A stretch of DNA of 64,000 bases, taken from an uncultured Nitrososphaerota archaeon (GTDB lineage Archaea > Thermoproteota > Nitrososphaeria > Conexivisphaerales > DTJL01). Under the pieces are notes generated by a model. It worked only from the letters and a program-made list of their open reading frames with translations, did not search any database and had not been told where the DNA came from. The position numbers were made by a program, and so were the translations under genes. Each line of letters opens with the position of its first letter. Within the stretch, counting starts at the first letter, position 1. Below are positions 47,299-57,703 of this stretch, piece by piece. The DNA lies in the NCBI GenBank assembly GCA_963842885.1, contig CAWJIE010000004.1, positions 1 to 64,000 on the forward strand, in the 5' to 3' direction.

Positions 47299-48759
47299 TT
47301 GGAGATACAAATGAGCGTTCCAGTAGAGCAGGTGGCTGACAACATCTGGGAGATTCCGAAGAGCTACAGAGACGACATGAGAGTCCCCGCACGAATCTTC
47401 GCCAGCCAGGCGCTGATGGCCAAGATGAAGACGGACAGGACGCTCTTCCAGGCCGCCAACGTGGCGACCCTGCCGGGGATCATCAGGAACGCGTTCGTCA
47501 TGCCTGACGCACACGAAGGGTACGGCTTCCCCATCGGTGGCGTCGCCGCGGTGGACTCCGATGAAGGCGTGATATCCCCGGGGGGTGTAGGATACGACAT
47601 TAACTGTGGCGTCAGGCTGATCAGGACGAATCTCATGGAGGAAGACGTCAGGCCCCTCCTTCCACAACTGCTGGACCTGTTATTCAGGCTGGTGCCCAGC
47701 GGAGTGGGGAGCGAAGGGCAGCTGCGGGTGACGCACAGCGAGCTAGCCAGCGTTACCTCAGGCGGGGTCGAATGGGCAGTGGCCAAGGGCTACGGCTGGG
47801 ACGCCGACGTGAGGCACGCCGAGGAGGGAGGGAAGCTCTCCTGGGCCAAACCGGAGAAGGTGTCCCCCACGGCCCTCAAGAGGGGCGCCGGACAGCTGGG
47901 GACGCTCGGCAGCGGGAACCACTTCATGGAGATTGAGACGACCAACTCCATCTTTGACGAGGAGGCGGCCAAGGCCATGGGCATCGTCAGGAAGGATCAA
48001 ATCCTCGTGTTGATCCATACTGGAAGCCGGGGGTTCGGCCATCAGGTCTGCAGCGACTACCTCCGCGTCATGGAGGTGCTCATGCCGAAGGTGGGCATCC
48101 ACCTCCCCGACAGGGAGCTGGCCGCGGGCCCTGTGAAGGCGAAGGAGACGGAGGACTACCTTGGCGCTATGGCCTCCGCAGCCAACTTCGCCTGGGTGAA
48201 CCGCCAGATGATCACCCACTGGGTGCGCGAGGCCTTCGAGAAGGTCTTCAAGACCGACGCGGAAAAACTGGACATGCATGTGATATACGACGTCGCCCAC
48301 AACATAGTGAAGCTAGAAGAACACGACGTAGAAGGCGTCAGGCGTAAGGTCTACATCCATCGGAAGGGCGCGACGCGAGCCTTCCCTCCGGGGTCGCCCT
48401 ACATCCCCGAAGAATATCGTAACATAGGCCAGCCTGTGCTCATCCCCGGCAGCATGGGGACCGCCTCCTGGGTGCTTAAAGGCACGAAGAAGGGGATGGA
48501 GATGAGCTTCGGGACGGCCGCCCACGGAGCAGGTCGATTCATGAGCAGGGCCGCGGCGAAGAGGGCCTATGGCTACCAAGAGCTGCTGTCGTCGCTCCAG
48601 GGAAGGGGCATCCTCGTCAGGGCCGCCAGCAGGGAGACCGTCACCGAAGAGGCCCCTGGTGCCTACAAGGACGTCGACGACGTCGTGGAGGTGACCCACG
48701 CCGTAGGACTGGCTGAGAAGGTCGTCCGGCTGACCCCCATAGGCGTCGTGAAGGGCTAG
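47299..48759 (+). CDS. rtcB: RNA 2',3'-cyclic-phosphate ligase RtcB
   Basis: MPDAHEGYGFPIGG, GYDINCG, GSGNHF, IHTGSRG, YDVAHN, HRKGA, PGSMG, HGAGR, EEAPGAYK. Confidence 0.96.
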   Translation: MEIQMSVPVEQVADNIWEIPKSYRDDMRVPARIFASQALMAKMKTDRTLFQAANVATLPGIIRNAFVMPDAHEGYGFPIGGVAAVDSDEGVISPGGVGYDINCGVRLIRTNLMEEDVRPLLPQLLDLLFRLVPSGVGSEGQLRVTHSELASVTSGGVEWAVAKGYGWDADVRHAEEGGKLSWAKPEKVSPTALKRGAGQLGTLGSGNHFMEIETTNSIFDEEAAKAMGIVRKDQILVLIHTGSRGFGHQVCSDYLRVMEVLMPKVGIHLPDRELAAGPVKAKETEDYLGAMASAANFAWVNRQMITHWVREAFEKVFKTDAEKLDMHVIYDVAHNIVKLEEHDVEGVRRKVYIHRKGATRAFPPGSPYIPEEYRNIGQPVLIPGSMGTASWVLKGTKKGMEMSFGTAAHGAGRFMSRAAAKRAYGYQELLSSLQGRGILVRAASRETVTEEAPGAYKDVDDVVEVTHAVGLAEKVVRLTPIGVVKG

Positions 48760-48807
48760 GATGCCCGAACCGTTTATTATGGCCGAGAGAGAAGTCGGAA
48801 CCCGACC

Positions 48808-49389
48808 ATGGCTGAAGGCGAAGTGGAGCTCCCCCGGACGGACGCGGGAGCGGAGCAGTTCTCCCGCAAGTTCGAAGGGCGCCTGAGCAGATACAGGGTT
48901 TTCATAGACGACGAAGCCATGGCGGGAGAGCTCTCCCACAAGGGCTACGGCGACAGGGAAGGGAAGTTGCTCACCCTGAGACTCTACGAAGCCCTCCACC
49001 TGATGAGACTGGGGTGGCTTTCTGTTAAGGGGCCCCGGGCCAAGGCCGTTCCGTTCGAGGACATCGTGAGGAAGTCCCTCTCAGAGAACTCCATGGGCTG
49101 GACGAAGTTCCTGGTCTACAGGGACCTGCGGAGCAGGGGCTACGTCGCCCGCGAGGGGTACGGACTGGCCGCCGACCTGCGAATCTATCCCCGGGGAGAG
49201 TACGGCAAGAACCCCGCGAAGTACGTCGTCATCCCCATCAACGAAGGGGGAGACGTGAAGGTGTCCAAGCTGCAGAAGATCATCGACGCGGTCTACAGGA
49301 TGGGCAAGGAGCCCATAATCGCCGTCGTGGAAAGGCGCGGGGAAGCGATTTATTACAGGGCCTCGAAGATGGTGTTCGAAGGCCCTTGA
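48808..49389 (+). CDS. endA: tRNA-splicing endonuclease subunit, probably structural (beta)
   Basis: LTL.LYEALHL, FLVYRDLRSRGY, ADLRIY, IYY. The catalytic His position reads PAKY. Confidence 0.82.
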   Translation: MAEGEVELPRTDAGAEQFSRKFEGRLSRYRVFIDDEAMAGELSHKGYGDREGKLLTLRLYEALHLMRLGWLSVKGPRAKAVPFEDIVRKSLSENSMGWTKFLVYRDLRSRGYVAREGYGLAADLRIYPRGEYGKNPAKYVVIPINEGGDVKVSKLQKIIDAVYRMGKEPIIAVVERRGEAIYYRASKMVFEGP

Positions 49390-50243
49390 CCGCGTCAGGT
49401 TACCTTTCGCTCACTAGGCCCATCAACTCTCTGATGATAGGCCTCGCCGTCCTGGTCGGGGAGGCCGTCGCGACCTCCACAATCAGGCTGGATGGAGTCA
49501 CGCTGGCAGGCTATCTCACAGGGGTCTTCATAACCGCTTTCTCGATGGTTATCAATGACATGCTCGACTTCCAGGTGGACAAGGCGAACGGAGCCAAGAG
49601 GCCTCTGGTCGTCGGAAGCGTCACCACTTCCGGCGCGAAGGTCCTGGCGGTCGCCCTGCTGGTGGCCGGCCTGGCCTCCTCCGCCTATACGGGGCTGGCC
49701 ACGTTCGCCATCGCGGCGGCCTTCGCAGCGGTGGCCACCCTCTACAACTGGAAGCTGAAGGAGAGGGGCTTCTCGGGGAACCTGGCCGTGGCCCTCTCCA
49801 TGATGATACCGTTCATCTACGGAGGCGTCATGACGGAAGGGTTGAAGTGGAATCCCCTCCTGGACATGATGGCGCTCACGGCCTTCTTGGCCGGTGTTGG
49901 AAGGGAGGTCGTCAAGGGGATAACGGACGTCGAGGGGGACGCCCTGCGGAACGTCAGGAGCATAGCCAGAGAGAGTGGCGGGAGGCTCGCAGGGGGCGTG
50001 GGGGCCGCGTTCTTCCTTGCCGCCGTGGGGAGCAGCCTGGTGCCGCCGCTGGTCCTCAGGACCTCCTTGTTCTACGACGCGGTGATTGGCGCCACCGACA
50101 TCCTCTTCGTGGGCCTGGCGGTCTTCGTCATCATGAGGAACGGGAAGGAGGAGGCCCGCAGGGCCAAGAGGCTCGCCCTCATCGGCATGCTGACGGGGAT
50201 GGTGGGGTTCATACTTCAGGGTCTTCTGGGGGGCGCGATCTGA
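49386..50243 (+). CDS. UbiA-family prenyltransferase, likely digeranylgeranylglyceryl phosphate synthase
   Basis: RPIN, NDMLDFQVDKAN..RPL, REVVKGITDVEGD. Confidence 0.85.
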   Translation: MTASGYLSLTRPINSLMIGLAVLVGEAVATSTIRLDGVTLAGYLTGVFITAFSMVINDMLDFQVDKANGAKRPLVVGSVTTSGAKVLAVALLVAGLASSAYTGLATFAIAAAFAAVATLYNWKLKERGFSGNLAVALSMMIPFIYGGVMTEGLKWNPLLDMMALTAFLAGVGREVVKGITDVEGDALRNVRSIARESGGRLAGGVGAAFFLAAVGSSLVPPLVLRTSLFYDAVIGATDILFVGLAVFVIMRNGKEEARRAKRLALIGMLTGMVGFILQGLLGGAI

Positions 50244-50244
50244 T

Positions 50245-51438
50245 TTGATGTGGGTGGAGAAGTACAGGCCGAAGAAGGTGGCCGAGATGGTCGGGAACGA
50301 GGACACCCGCAGCAGGTTCGTCTCCTGGCTGGAGGGATGGGAGCAGGGAGCGAAGCCGGCGCTACTGGTGGGGCCGCCGGGCACCGGCAAGACCACCCTC
50401 GTCCACGCGACGGCCGCCGAATTCGGATACTATGTCATCGAGCTCAACGCCAGCGACCTCCGGACCAAGGAGGCCCTTCAGGGGAGGATCGGCGCTCTGA
50501 GCTCGAGCAGCCTGGTCGACGAGAAACGCCTCCTATTCCTTGACGAAGTGGACGGTCTCTTCGGCAGGGCGGACTTCGGTGGCCTGGAGTTCGTCGTCGA
50601 CTCCATCGGCGGGTTGACGCTCCCGCTGGCCATGGCCGCCAATCTCGAAGACGCGGAGCAGGTGAAGAAGCTCGCCAAGGTCTCCGTGATGATGAGGATG
50701 AGGCACGTCTCAGAGAGGCTCCTCGAGATCTACATCCGTGACATCCTTCGGAGGGAAGGCGCGCGCCTTTCCGAAGAGGCCATAGCGGGGGCCGTCACCG
50801 GCGCAAGAGGAGACGTGAGGGCGGCCATCAACAACGCACAGTCCGCCCACCTGTCAGGGAAGAAGATCGAGCCGTTCAGGAACCAGTTGGTGGGCTTGGC
50901 CGAGGCGGTCGGCATCGCGGCCTCCTCCCCCAACCTCGAGGATGCCGTGAGGGCCCTGCGAGATTGCGACGGCCAGCCCGACGAGAGGCTCAGGGGGGCC
51001 TTCACGACGATCGTGGCCGCGGAGATACCAATCGAAAGGAAGAGGGAGGCGCTAAGGGCCCTGACCGAAGCCAACGTGCTCATGGGGCGCATAATGAGGA
51101 CCCAGAGGTGGAGGCAGCTGAGGTACCTCGACCAACTCCTCGCCGGTGCCCTCCACGGGCTCCACGTCGGCTATGCCACCGAGGACCTCCCCTGGCCCAT
51201 CAAGCTCAGGATCTGGAACGACGGCCGCTACCTGAAGGCCTTCGAGTCATACCTCGCCAGGAAGTATCATGTGTCGAGGGCCGACGCAGCCTCCTTCTAC
51301 CTGCATTCGGCCGTCCTGATATTCGGCAGAGAGCCGGCGCTCCTGAGGAGGGTCTGCCAGGAGGCGGGCCTGGACGAGAAAGCGGCCAACGCCCTGGAGA
51401 GGGAGTACAAGCTCCTGATCAAGGGCCTAGGTGAGTGA
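50245..51438 (+). CDS. rfcL: Replication factor C large subunit (short form)
   Basis: WVEKYRP, GPPGTGKT, ELNASDLR, LDEVDG, GDVRAAIN. Confidence 0.85.
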   Translation: MMWVEKYRPKKVAEMVGNEDTRSRFVSWLEGWEQGAKPALLVGPPGTGKTTLVHATAAEFGYYVIELNASDLRTKEALQGRIGALSSSSLVDEKRLLFLDEVDGLFGRADFGGLEFVVDSIGGLTLPLAMAANLEDAEQVKKLAKVSVMMRMRHVSERLLEIYIRDILRREGARLSEEAIAGAVTGARGDVRAAINNAQSAHLSGKKIEPFRNQLVGLAEAVGIAASSPNLEDAVRALRDCDGQPDERLRGAFTTIVAAEIPIERKREALRALTEANVLMGRIMRTQRWRQLRYLDQLLAGALHGLHVGYATEDLPWPIKLRIWNDGRYLKAFESYLARKYHVSRADAASFYLHSAVLIFGREPALLRRVCQEAGLDEKAANALEREYKLLIKGLGE

Positions 51439-52165
51439 GTTGCCCGAGCCCGAGCTGAGGATCGTCTGCGACGAAAGGGAGCGGGCCAGCGGGGTACCTC
51501 AGGAGCTCCTGGAGCTCGGCGTCGTAGTCGACTTCAGCCAGCTGAAGCTGGGCGACTACATACTATCGCCGAGCACGGCAGTCGAACGGAAGAGCGTCCG
51601 CGACTTCGTTTCCTCACTCTACGACGGGAGGCTCTTCAACCAGGTGAACGAGCTGACCAAGAGCTATCCCAACGCGTTCGTCCTGGTGGAGGGGGACCCG
51701 GGCGAAATCTCCATGATCTCCCGAAACCCACGCAGCTACTACGGCGCCATGGCCGCCCTGACGCTGACGTTCAACGTCAAGACCCTGTTCACGCCCTCCG
51801 CGGCCGACACGGCCCTCGCTCTGACAGCTATGGCCTCCCGCCTAATCAGGGGGGAAGGAATCCGGCCGCCGATCATCTATCAGGCACCGCTGAAGAGCGT
51901 CGAGCTTCACAAGGAACAGGTATACATCGTGGCATCTCTCCCAGGCGTCGGGCCCAGCCTGGCCAAGAGGCTCCTCGACCGTTTCGGGACACCGAGGGGC
52001 GTCTTCGCTGCCACCGTGCCGCAGCTGGCCATGGTCCGGGGGGTGGGCCGAGCCAGGGCCGAAAAGATAGCCAAGACGCTCACCTCCCCCTTTAAGGGAA
52101 TATCTGAAGAGAGCCAACCCTCCCTGGACGAGGGAGGGGGCTCGGGGTCCCAGGCCGATTCATAG
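51431..52165 (+). CDS. xpf: Short XPF/ERCC4 structure-specific endonuclease
   Basis: DERE, GDY, VERKS, DGRLFNQ, two HhH motifs (PGVG, RGVG); PIP-like QPSL tail. Confidence 0.88.
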   Translation: MSELPEPELRIVCDERERASGVPQELLELGVVVDFSQLKLGDYILSPSTAVERKSVRDFVSSLYDGRLFNQVNELTKSYPNAFVLVEGDPGEISMISRNPRSYYGAMAALTLTFNVKTLFTPSAADTALALTAMASRLIRGEGIRPPIIYQAPLKSVELHKEQVYIVASLPGVGPSLAKRLLDRFGTPRGVFAATVPQLAMVRGVGRARAEKIAKTLTSPFKGISEESQPSLDEGGGSGSQADS

Positions 52166-52207
52166 CGTGACGGGAAGCCAACGGCCCAAGGGTCGCCGCG
52201 CCGGCCA

Positions 52208-53449
52208 TCAAAGGAGGGACTGGAGTCCGCTGCTGTACTGAAATGCCTTCTTCTCAGCAGATGCCATGGACGGTGGGAGACCGACCTTAATCGCCAGCCT
52301 CCGCAGGACGACCTTGCGCACGCCGTCCGAAATCAGGTAGCCCGAAGGGAGGTTGAGGGCGAACCGGGCCATGGGGAGGTCGGCGAAGGGGAAGGAGGCC
52401 TCGCAACCTCCGCGGACGATGGCCATTTCATCACGCCGGAGGCCTATCTCAAGGAGGGGGAGTTCCTCGACCAGACGCCGATTGAGGCCTCCGGGGTCCA
52501 TGGAAGCGAGCTCCAAGTAGCGGTTGTAGCCGGCGAAGATCTCGTCGGCCCCCTGCCCGGCGGCAATCGTGCGGAGACCTTGGTCCCTGGCCGCGGTCGA
52601 AGCGAGAGAGAAGCCCGCCGACAGGGCCCTGTCCAAGGGCCGCGTCTCCGCCGGCCTCCCCCCTTCCTCCCGCAGGGCCCTCTCCACGTCGGCCTCGCCC
52701 ACCTTCACCTTCACCAGCTCCAGCCCGAGCTCGTCGGCGGCGCCTTCGACCCTGGCGGAGTCTCTGGAGCCGGATGCGAACACCGAGATGAGCACGACGC
52801 GATGGTCCTTCGAACAGGAGAGCGCCAAGAGGGAGCTGTCTAGCCCTCCTGAAAATGCAACACCCACGGCTCCTCCTGTCCCCAGCCGCACCTTCAGCGA
52901 CGACCTGAGAAGCTCGCCCACCTTGTCCGCCGCCTGGTCCAGGTCGCCGGGGAAGGGCTCTCCGGAGAGGTCGCAGCAATACTTCGTCGAATTCAACCGG
53001 CCTCCCTTCAGCTCCAATAGATGCCCCGGCGATGCTGGCATGGGCTGCGCAGCGAAGCTGGCAATCAAGGAGGGTTCGGTTGAGACGACCGCCACCCCTT
53101 GGGCGGCTCCCTGATAGAGCGGCTTGGCACCGAGGGGGTCCCTGGCAGCCAGGACGGAGCCGGGCTGGAGGGCCACGATGGCGAACTCGCCTGAAACGGC
53201 ACCGCCTAACGCCGCCTGGAGGCTGGAAACGTCGAGGTCCCTGTCGCAACTCCCATGAAGGAGAAGGTCGCCGCCGGTGCCGGAGGTCAGCCCTCCCACC
53301 ACGAGGGTACCCTGTTCCGAGGAGCGCCGTTCCACGAAGAAACTCCCCTTCCTCACTCGTTGGAGGACCGGGGATAGGGCCTCGATGTCGACGGCGCGGT
53401 CGGCCGAAGCGGAGATCGCGAAGACCGCCGAAGCTGCGGCGGCCTTCAA
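52208..53449 (-). CDS. Asparagine synthetase-like ATP pyrophosphatase with degenerate glutaminase domain
   Basis: ARDPLGAKPLY, AFSGGLDS, GQGADEIFAGY, KKAFQYSSG; no N-terminal Cys. Confidence 0.8.
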   Translation of the reverse strand: MKAAAASAVFAISASADRAVDIEALSPVLQRVRKGSFFVERRSSEQGTLVVGGLTSGTGGDLLLHGSCDRDLDVSSLQAALGGAVSGEFAIVALQPGSVLAARDPLGAKPLYQGAAQGVAVVSTEPSLIASFAAQPMPASPGHLLELKGGRLNSTKYCCDLSGEPFPGDLDQAADKVGELLRSSLKVRLGTGGAVGVAFSGGLDSSLLALSCSKDHRVVLISVFASGSRDSARVEGAADELGLELVKVKVGEADVERALREEGGRPAETRPLDRALSAGFSLASTAARDQGLRTIAAGQGADEIFAGYNRYLELASMDPGGLNRRLVEELPLLEIGLRRDEMAIVRGGCEASFPFADLPMARFALNLPSGYLISDGVRKVVLRRLAIKVGLPPSMASAEKKAFQYSSGLQSLL

Positions 53450-55619
53450 CCCTCCCCCTCATGCTGGACACCAGGGCCTGCGACTGCTCCTTGATGGAGG
53501 AGGCGATGGTCTCGCCGATGGTGGCGACACGGCTGAGGTCCCTGACGGAGGCCGCGGCTATCGAACTTATGGTGCGGAAGTTGGCCTGGAAGAGGTTCCT
53601 CGCCCTGACCCGCCCCACGCCCTTCAGCTGGACTAGGGGGAGGAGCTCCGCCTTGCATCCCACGTCGATGCGCGTCCTTAGGAGCGAGAGGGTGTGGGCG
53701 GTGTTCTTGTAGCCCTGGAGCTTGGCCAGCTCTCCGAACGCGTAGGCGAGCCACTCAGCGACGTCGACGCTCCTGTGCAAATCGCCGGGCTCTACGCCGT
53801 AGGCGTTTAGGATCTTGTCTTCGCTCCACTCGTTGATCCAGGCATTGAGGACGAGGAGGCTCCTGAAGCACTCGCTGAAGCCCGACTCAAAGTCCTCCGG
53901 GAAGAACATGAACTGACTGAACTCCTCGGTGAAGGCCTCGGCGTCTCCCTGGTCCTTCGCCCGCAGAGCAAGCTTGGGCTCGTAGTCGGGGACCATCGTT
54001 ATCAGCTGGAGGAGGCCTGGCGTCATGTCGACGGAGGAATCCTTCCTCTCCTTCAGGGCCTTGACGAAGATCAGCCCGGATTCGGGGTCGATGTACAGTG
54101 TGGCGATTCGCCTGCCGAGCTGCGTCGGCCTTACGTCCTCGCCTTCGAGCTTGACCAGCTCGTTGCCCTCCAGGTACTTCATGGCGCTGTCGAGGCGGGA
54201 GAGGACGGAGAACTCTTTGTACTGCTGGGCTAGGAGGGTCGACAGGAAGAACTTCTTCAGCTGCTCCAAGGTGGCCCTGGGGGACGATGCGATGACCCCC
54301 AGGGTGTGGGTCCTGAAGCTGCCGGGGGTCGCCAGCTGAGACCTGACGGGCTCGGGCTCGCCTCTGATGTAGGCCTGCATGATGGCTTCCAGCTCCTCCT
54401 CGCTCTGGGCGACCGTGATGGCCTCGCCGAACTCGTCGAACTTGGGGCGGCCGGCCCTTCCGCACATCTGCTTGTAGTCCATGACGCTGATGGGCCTGTT
54501 CTCCCCGAAGCTGGAATCGTATCTGTAGAGGCTGGAGAGTATGACGCGACGGGCGGGGATGTTTATCCCCGAGGCGAGGGTCGGCGTCGCCACTAGAAGC
54601 TTGATTAGCCCGTCCTTGAATGCGGCTTCGACGGCCCTCCTGTGGGGCATGGCGAGGCCCGCGTGATGGAAGGCGACGCCGTTGCCGACGCACTCGGCGA
54701 GGGTCCGGCTCACCTCGGTCTCATCGGCCCCCGCCATGACCTTCTTGGCGTACTGCCTCAGCTTCGCGCTCTCGTCGAACGAGAGGGCCTTGGCCATGTA
54801 CCTCGAGGCCTTGGTGGCTATGCTCACAGCCCTCTTCCTGGTTTCCGCGAAGATGAGCGCTTGGCCGCCGCCCCCTATGCAGTCCAGGGCCAGGTCGATG
54901 GCCGGCATCTCCCAGGACGACTTCAGCTGGCGGACTCCTCCGTCTTCGAAGTAGATCCTGTTCTCGTAACCCACTCCCTGCCTCAGCGGCACGGGCCGCC
55001 AGACAAGGGAGACCGACTTCGCCTTGAGCCAGTCGGCGACCTGGTCGGCGTTGGCCACGGTGGCGGAGAGCGCCAGGAGCTGCGCCTTCCCGTCCTCGGA
55101 GAGCACTCTGGTTATGACGACCTCGAGGGTGGGCCCCCTTCCAGCCTCCCCGAGGAGGTGCACCTCGTCGAACACGAAGAGCCCTACCTTCTTCATCCAT
55201 GACGGATGGTGGCGGGCTAACGAGTCGAACTTCTCGTTGGTGAGGATGAGGAGATCGGCGTAGGCGAGCTCCTCTCCGTTGGAGTCGTAGTCGCCGGTGG
55301 AGATGGCCACCCTGATGCTCCCTCCAGAGGGGGTCTTGAGTGCGGAGAGGGCCGACATCTCCTCATACTTCTCATAGGCGAGGGCGCGAAGGGGTGCCAG
55401 GTACACCACCTTGCTCCCCTTCTCGGTGAGCAGGCGGGCCGCAGCCATCATGGCGATGAGGGTCTTGCCACTGGCCGTCGGTGTGGAGAGGAGTAGGTTT
55501 TGACCGTCAAGAAGGCCGGCTTCGATGGCGGCGGCCTGGGTGGGGTAGAGCTTCGAATAGCCCAGCCGGCCCAGGAGGTCCCTGACCTCCTCCTGCAGTG
55601 GCAGCTCGTAGACTTCCAT
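53446..55619 (-). CDS. hel308: Ski2-like helicase Hel308/Hjm
   Basis: PTASGKT, DEVH, SAT, FHHAGL, ATPTLASGIN, QMCGRAGRP, RAR motif. True stop probably at 53446, hidden by a G-run indel. Confidence 0.92.
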
Positions 55620-55657
55620 GGCCTCTCGGAACCCCTCCAGACCCCAGAACAAGCTGC

Positions 55658-57703
55658 CTATGATATTTTGCTGTAGTAGCCCGACCTGATTTCGTAGATC
55701 TGGCCCAGCTTGTAGAGCGTGCTGATGACGCGTCTCGCCTCTTCAGCGCTGAAGTCGCCCGTCTTGACGAGCTCGTCCACAAAGGCCTTGGCCTCCACGG
55801 GCTTCTTCTCGGCGCCGTGGAGCTGCCTGAAAACATCCATCGCCTTCTCGAGAATGCTGCGCTCGCTGGCGGGTCGGCCCTGGAGCACCCCCAGGTCCAC
55901 TTTGCCCGTCCTGACGTCAATGCCCACGGATTCGAGCATCTTGCGCATTAGGTTGATGGCCTGAAGGGCGTCTTCGATTGTGACCTTGTCCCTGAGCAGC
56001 AGCCTTGCCCGTGCGGTGGAAATCCTTATGAGAGCCTCGAGCTGGCGCGGAGTGATGGCTATCGTCCCTTCGGTGCTGGAGGCCCTCAGGTCCAGATAGA
56101 ACTGCAGCAGGCGCTCCTGGGCCTCCCTGGTGAGCTTCGGTTCCACCTTCTTCGCGTAAATCAGGTACTTCCTGAGCATGTCGAAGCCCAGCGGCGGCTG
56201 GACGATGAAGGCCTCGGCCCTGTGCGTCTCCAGGATGTACGAGGCTAGCTTCTCGTCCTTGGCTCGGTCTGGGATGTCTCTGATGATGAAGACCAGGTCG
56301 AACCTGGTGAGGAGAGGGGTGGGGAGGTTGACGTTCTCGTAGATGTTCTTGTAGGGGTCGTACTTGCCGAAGACCGGGTTTGCGGCGGCCAAGATCGAGG
56401 TGCGGGCGTTCAGGGTGGCCACTATCCCTCCCTTTGCGACGCTCACGGTCTGCTGTTCCATTACTTCGTGGAGGACGCCCCTGTCTTCCACTCTCATCTT
56501 GTCAAATTCGTCGATGCAGGCAACTCCTTGATCGGCCAAGACCACCGCTCCTGCCTCCAGCATCATGAGTCCTGACTTCTCTTTTACGACCGCCGCCGTC
56601 AATCCGGCTGCGGTCGAGCCCCTCCCCGTAGTGTAGAGCCCCCGTGGAGAGACGCGTGACACGTACTTCAGTAATTCACTCTTGGCTGTCCCAGGATCTC
56701 CGACCAAGAGTATGTTCAAATCTCCTCTGATGGTTGTGCCGTCAGGGAGGAGGCCCTGAGGCGCGCCCGTCATCATCAAGAGCACCGCCTCCTTCTGCGT
56801 CTCGAACCCGTAGATGGAGGGCGCGATCGAGTTGATGAGCCTGTCATAGGCGTCGGGAAGGGCGGCAATCCGCCTTATCTCGGCTTCGTCTTCGACGTTG
56901 ATCTGGACCTGATCCGGCTCCTTGCCGCTGACGTCAAGGTAGTTCGTCTCGAGCCTGGTCCTGAAGACTGTAAGCTTCCCCCTTCCGATGGCCGTCTCCG
57001 GCTCGGCCCTGACCACCCCGGTGATGATGACCCTGTCGCCGGGCCGGGCCTTGCTAACGATTTCTCCGATGATCCCGGCGTCGATGGAGGTGGGGAGCTG
57101 GCCGGGCGGGAGCTCCTCAGGGAGCTCTTGGATGCGAATCACCTGGTAGTCGGTGAACTTCGAGTTGGACTTGTCCAGCTCGAGGTTCCTGGACTCTTCG
57201 CATTCGCTGCACTTGGTGGGCATCTTCAGCAGCGCGCCTGTCTGGGGAAGGAGCGTGAGATGGCCGTTGGGACACCTGAAGGCGGCCACCAGCGCAAGAG
57301 GTTGGACCTCGGAGGTCCTTACGACCATCCCATTGATGGCGACCAGGCTGTCGAGGTATTTCGCCGCGACTGCCCTGAGGGGGAGCTTGTCGGTAATCCC
57401 CTTTATCCTGACCTCCAGCTCGTCCCTCTTGTCATCGGCGTAGGTGTAGTTCTCGGTCTTCACCGCCTCGTAGGCGGCCTCCTTGAAGGCGGGGAGTATG
57501 GAGTCAGGCCGCTGGATGAGCGTGATGGCGAGGTCCGTGTCGAAGGCCAAGAGGTCCTCGTAGTCGACGAGCACCGACGCCTTGCCCTCGGCGATCATCT
57601 GGGATATTCGGGCACGGTACTTGGGCGTGCCGTCAGCCGCCTGGAAGCCCTTGAGGAAGAACTCCAGCTGCTCGGATACCTTGGCCTGGGAAAGGGATGT
57701 CAT
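55658..57703 (-). CDS. mcm: Replicative helicase MCM
   Basis: GDPGTAKS, IDEFDKM, LTRFD, TPRQLE; no intein. Confidence 0.97.
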   Translation of the reverse strand: MTSLSQAKVSEQLEFFLKGFQAADGTPKYRARISQMIAEGKASVLVDYEDLLAFDTDLAITLIQRPDSILPAFKEAAYEAVKTENYTYADDKRDELEVRIKGITDKLPLRAVAAKYLDSLVAINGMVVRTSEVQPLALVAAFRCPNGHLTLLPQTGALLKMPTKCSECEESRNLELDKSNSKFTDYQVIRIQELPEELPPGQLPTSIDAGIIGEIVSKARPGDRVIITGVVRAEPETAIGRGKLTVFRTRLETNYLDVSGKEPDQVQINVEDEAEIRRIAALPDAYDRLINSIAPSIYGFETQKEAVLLMMTGAPQGLLPDGTTIRGDLNILLVGDPGTAKSELLKYVSRVSPRGLYTTGRGSTAAGLTAAVVKEKSGLMMLEAGAVVLADQGVACIDEFDKMRVEDRGVLHEVMEQQTVSVAKGGIVATLNARTSILAAANPVFGKYDPYKNIYENVNLPTPLLTRFDLVFIIRDIPDRAKDEKLASYILETHRAEAFIVQPPLGFDMLRKYLIYAKKVEPKLTREAQERLLQFYLDLRASSTEGTIAITPRQLEALIRISTARARLLLRDKVTIEDALQAINLMRKMLESVGIDVRTGKVDLGVLQGRPASERSILEKAMDVFRQLHGAEKKPVEAKAFVDELVKTGDFSAEEARRVISTLYKLGQIYEIRSGYYSKIS

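Noticed and set aside
52449-55652. 1067-aa Hel308 'fusion' ORF
   Set aside because: The extension is an off-frame reading of the Asn-synthetase-like gene. One extra G in the G-run near 53455 gives a normal stop overlapping the next TTG.
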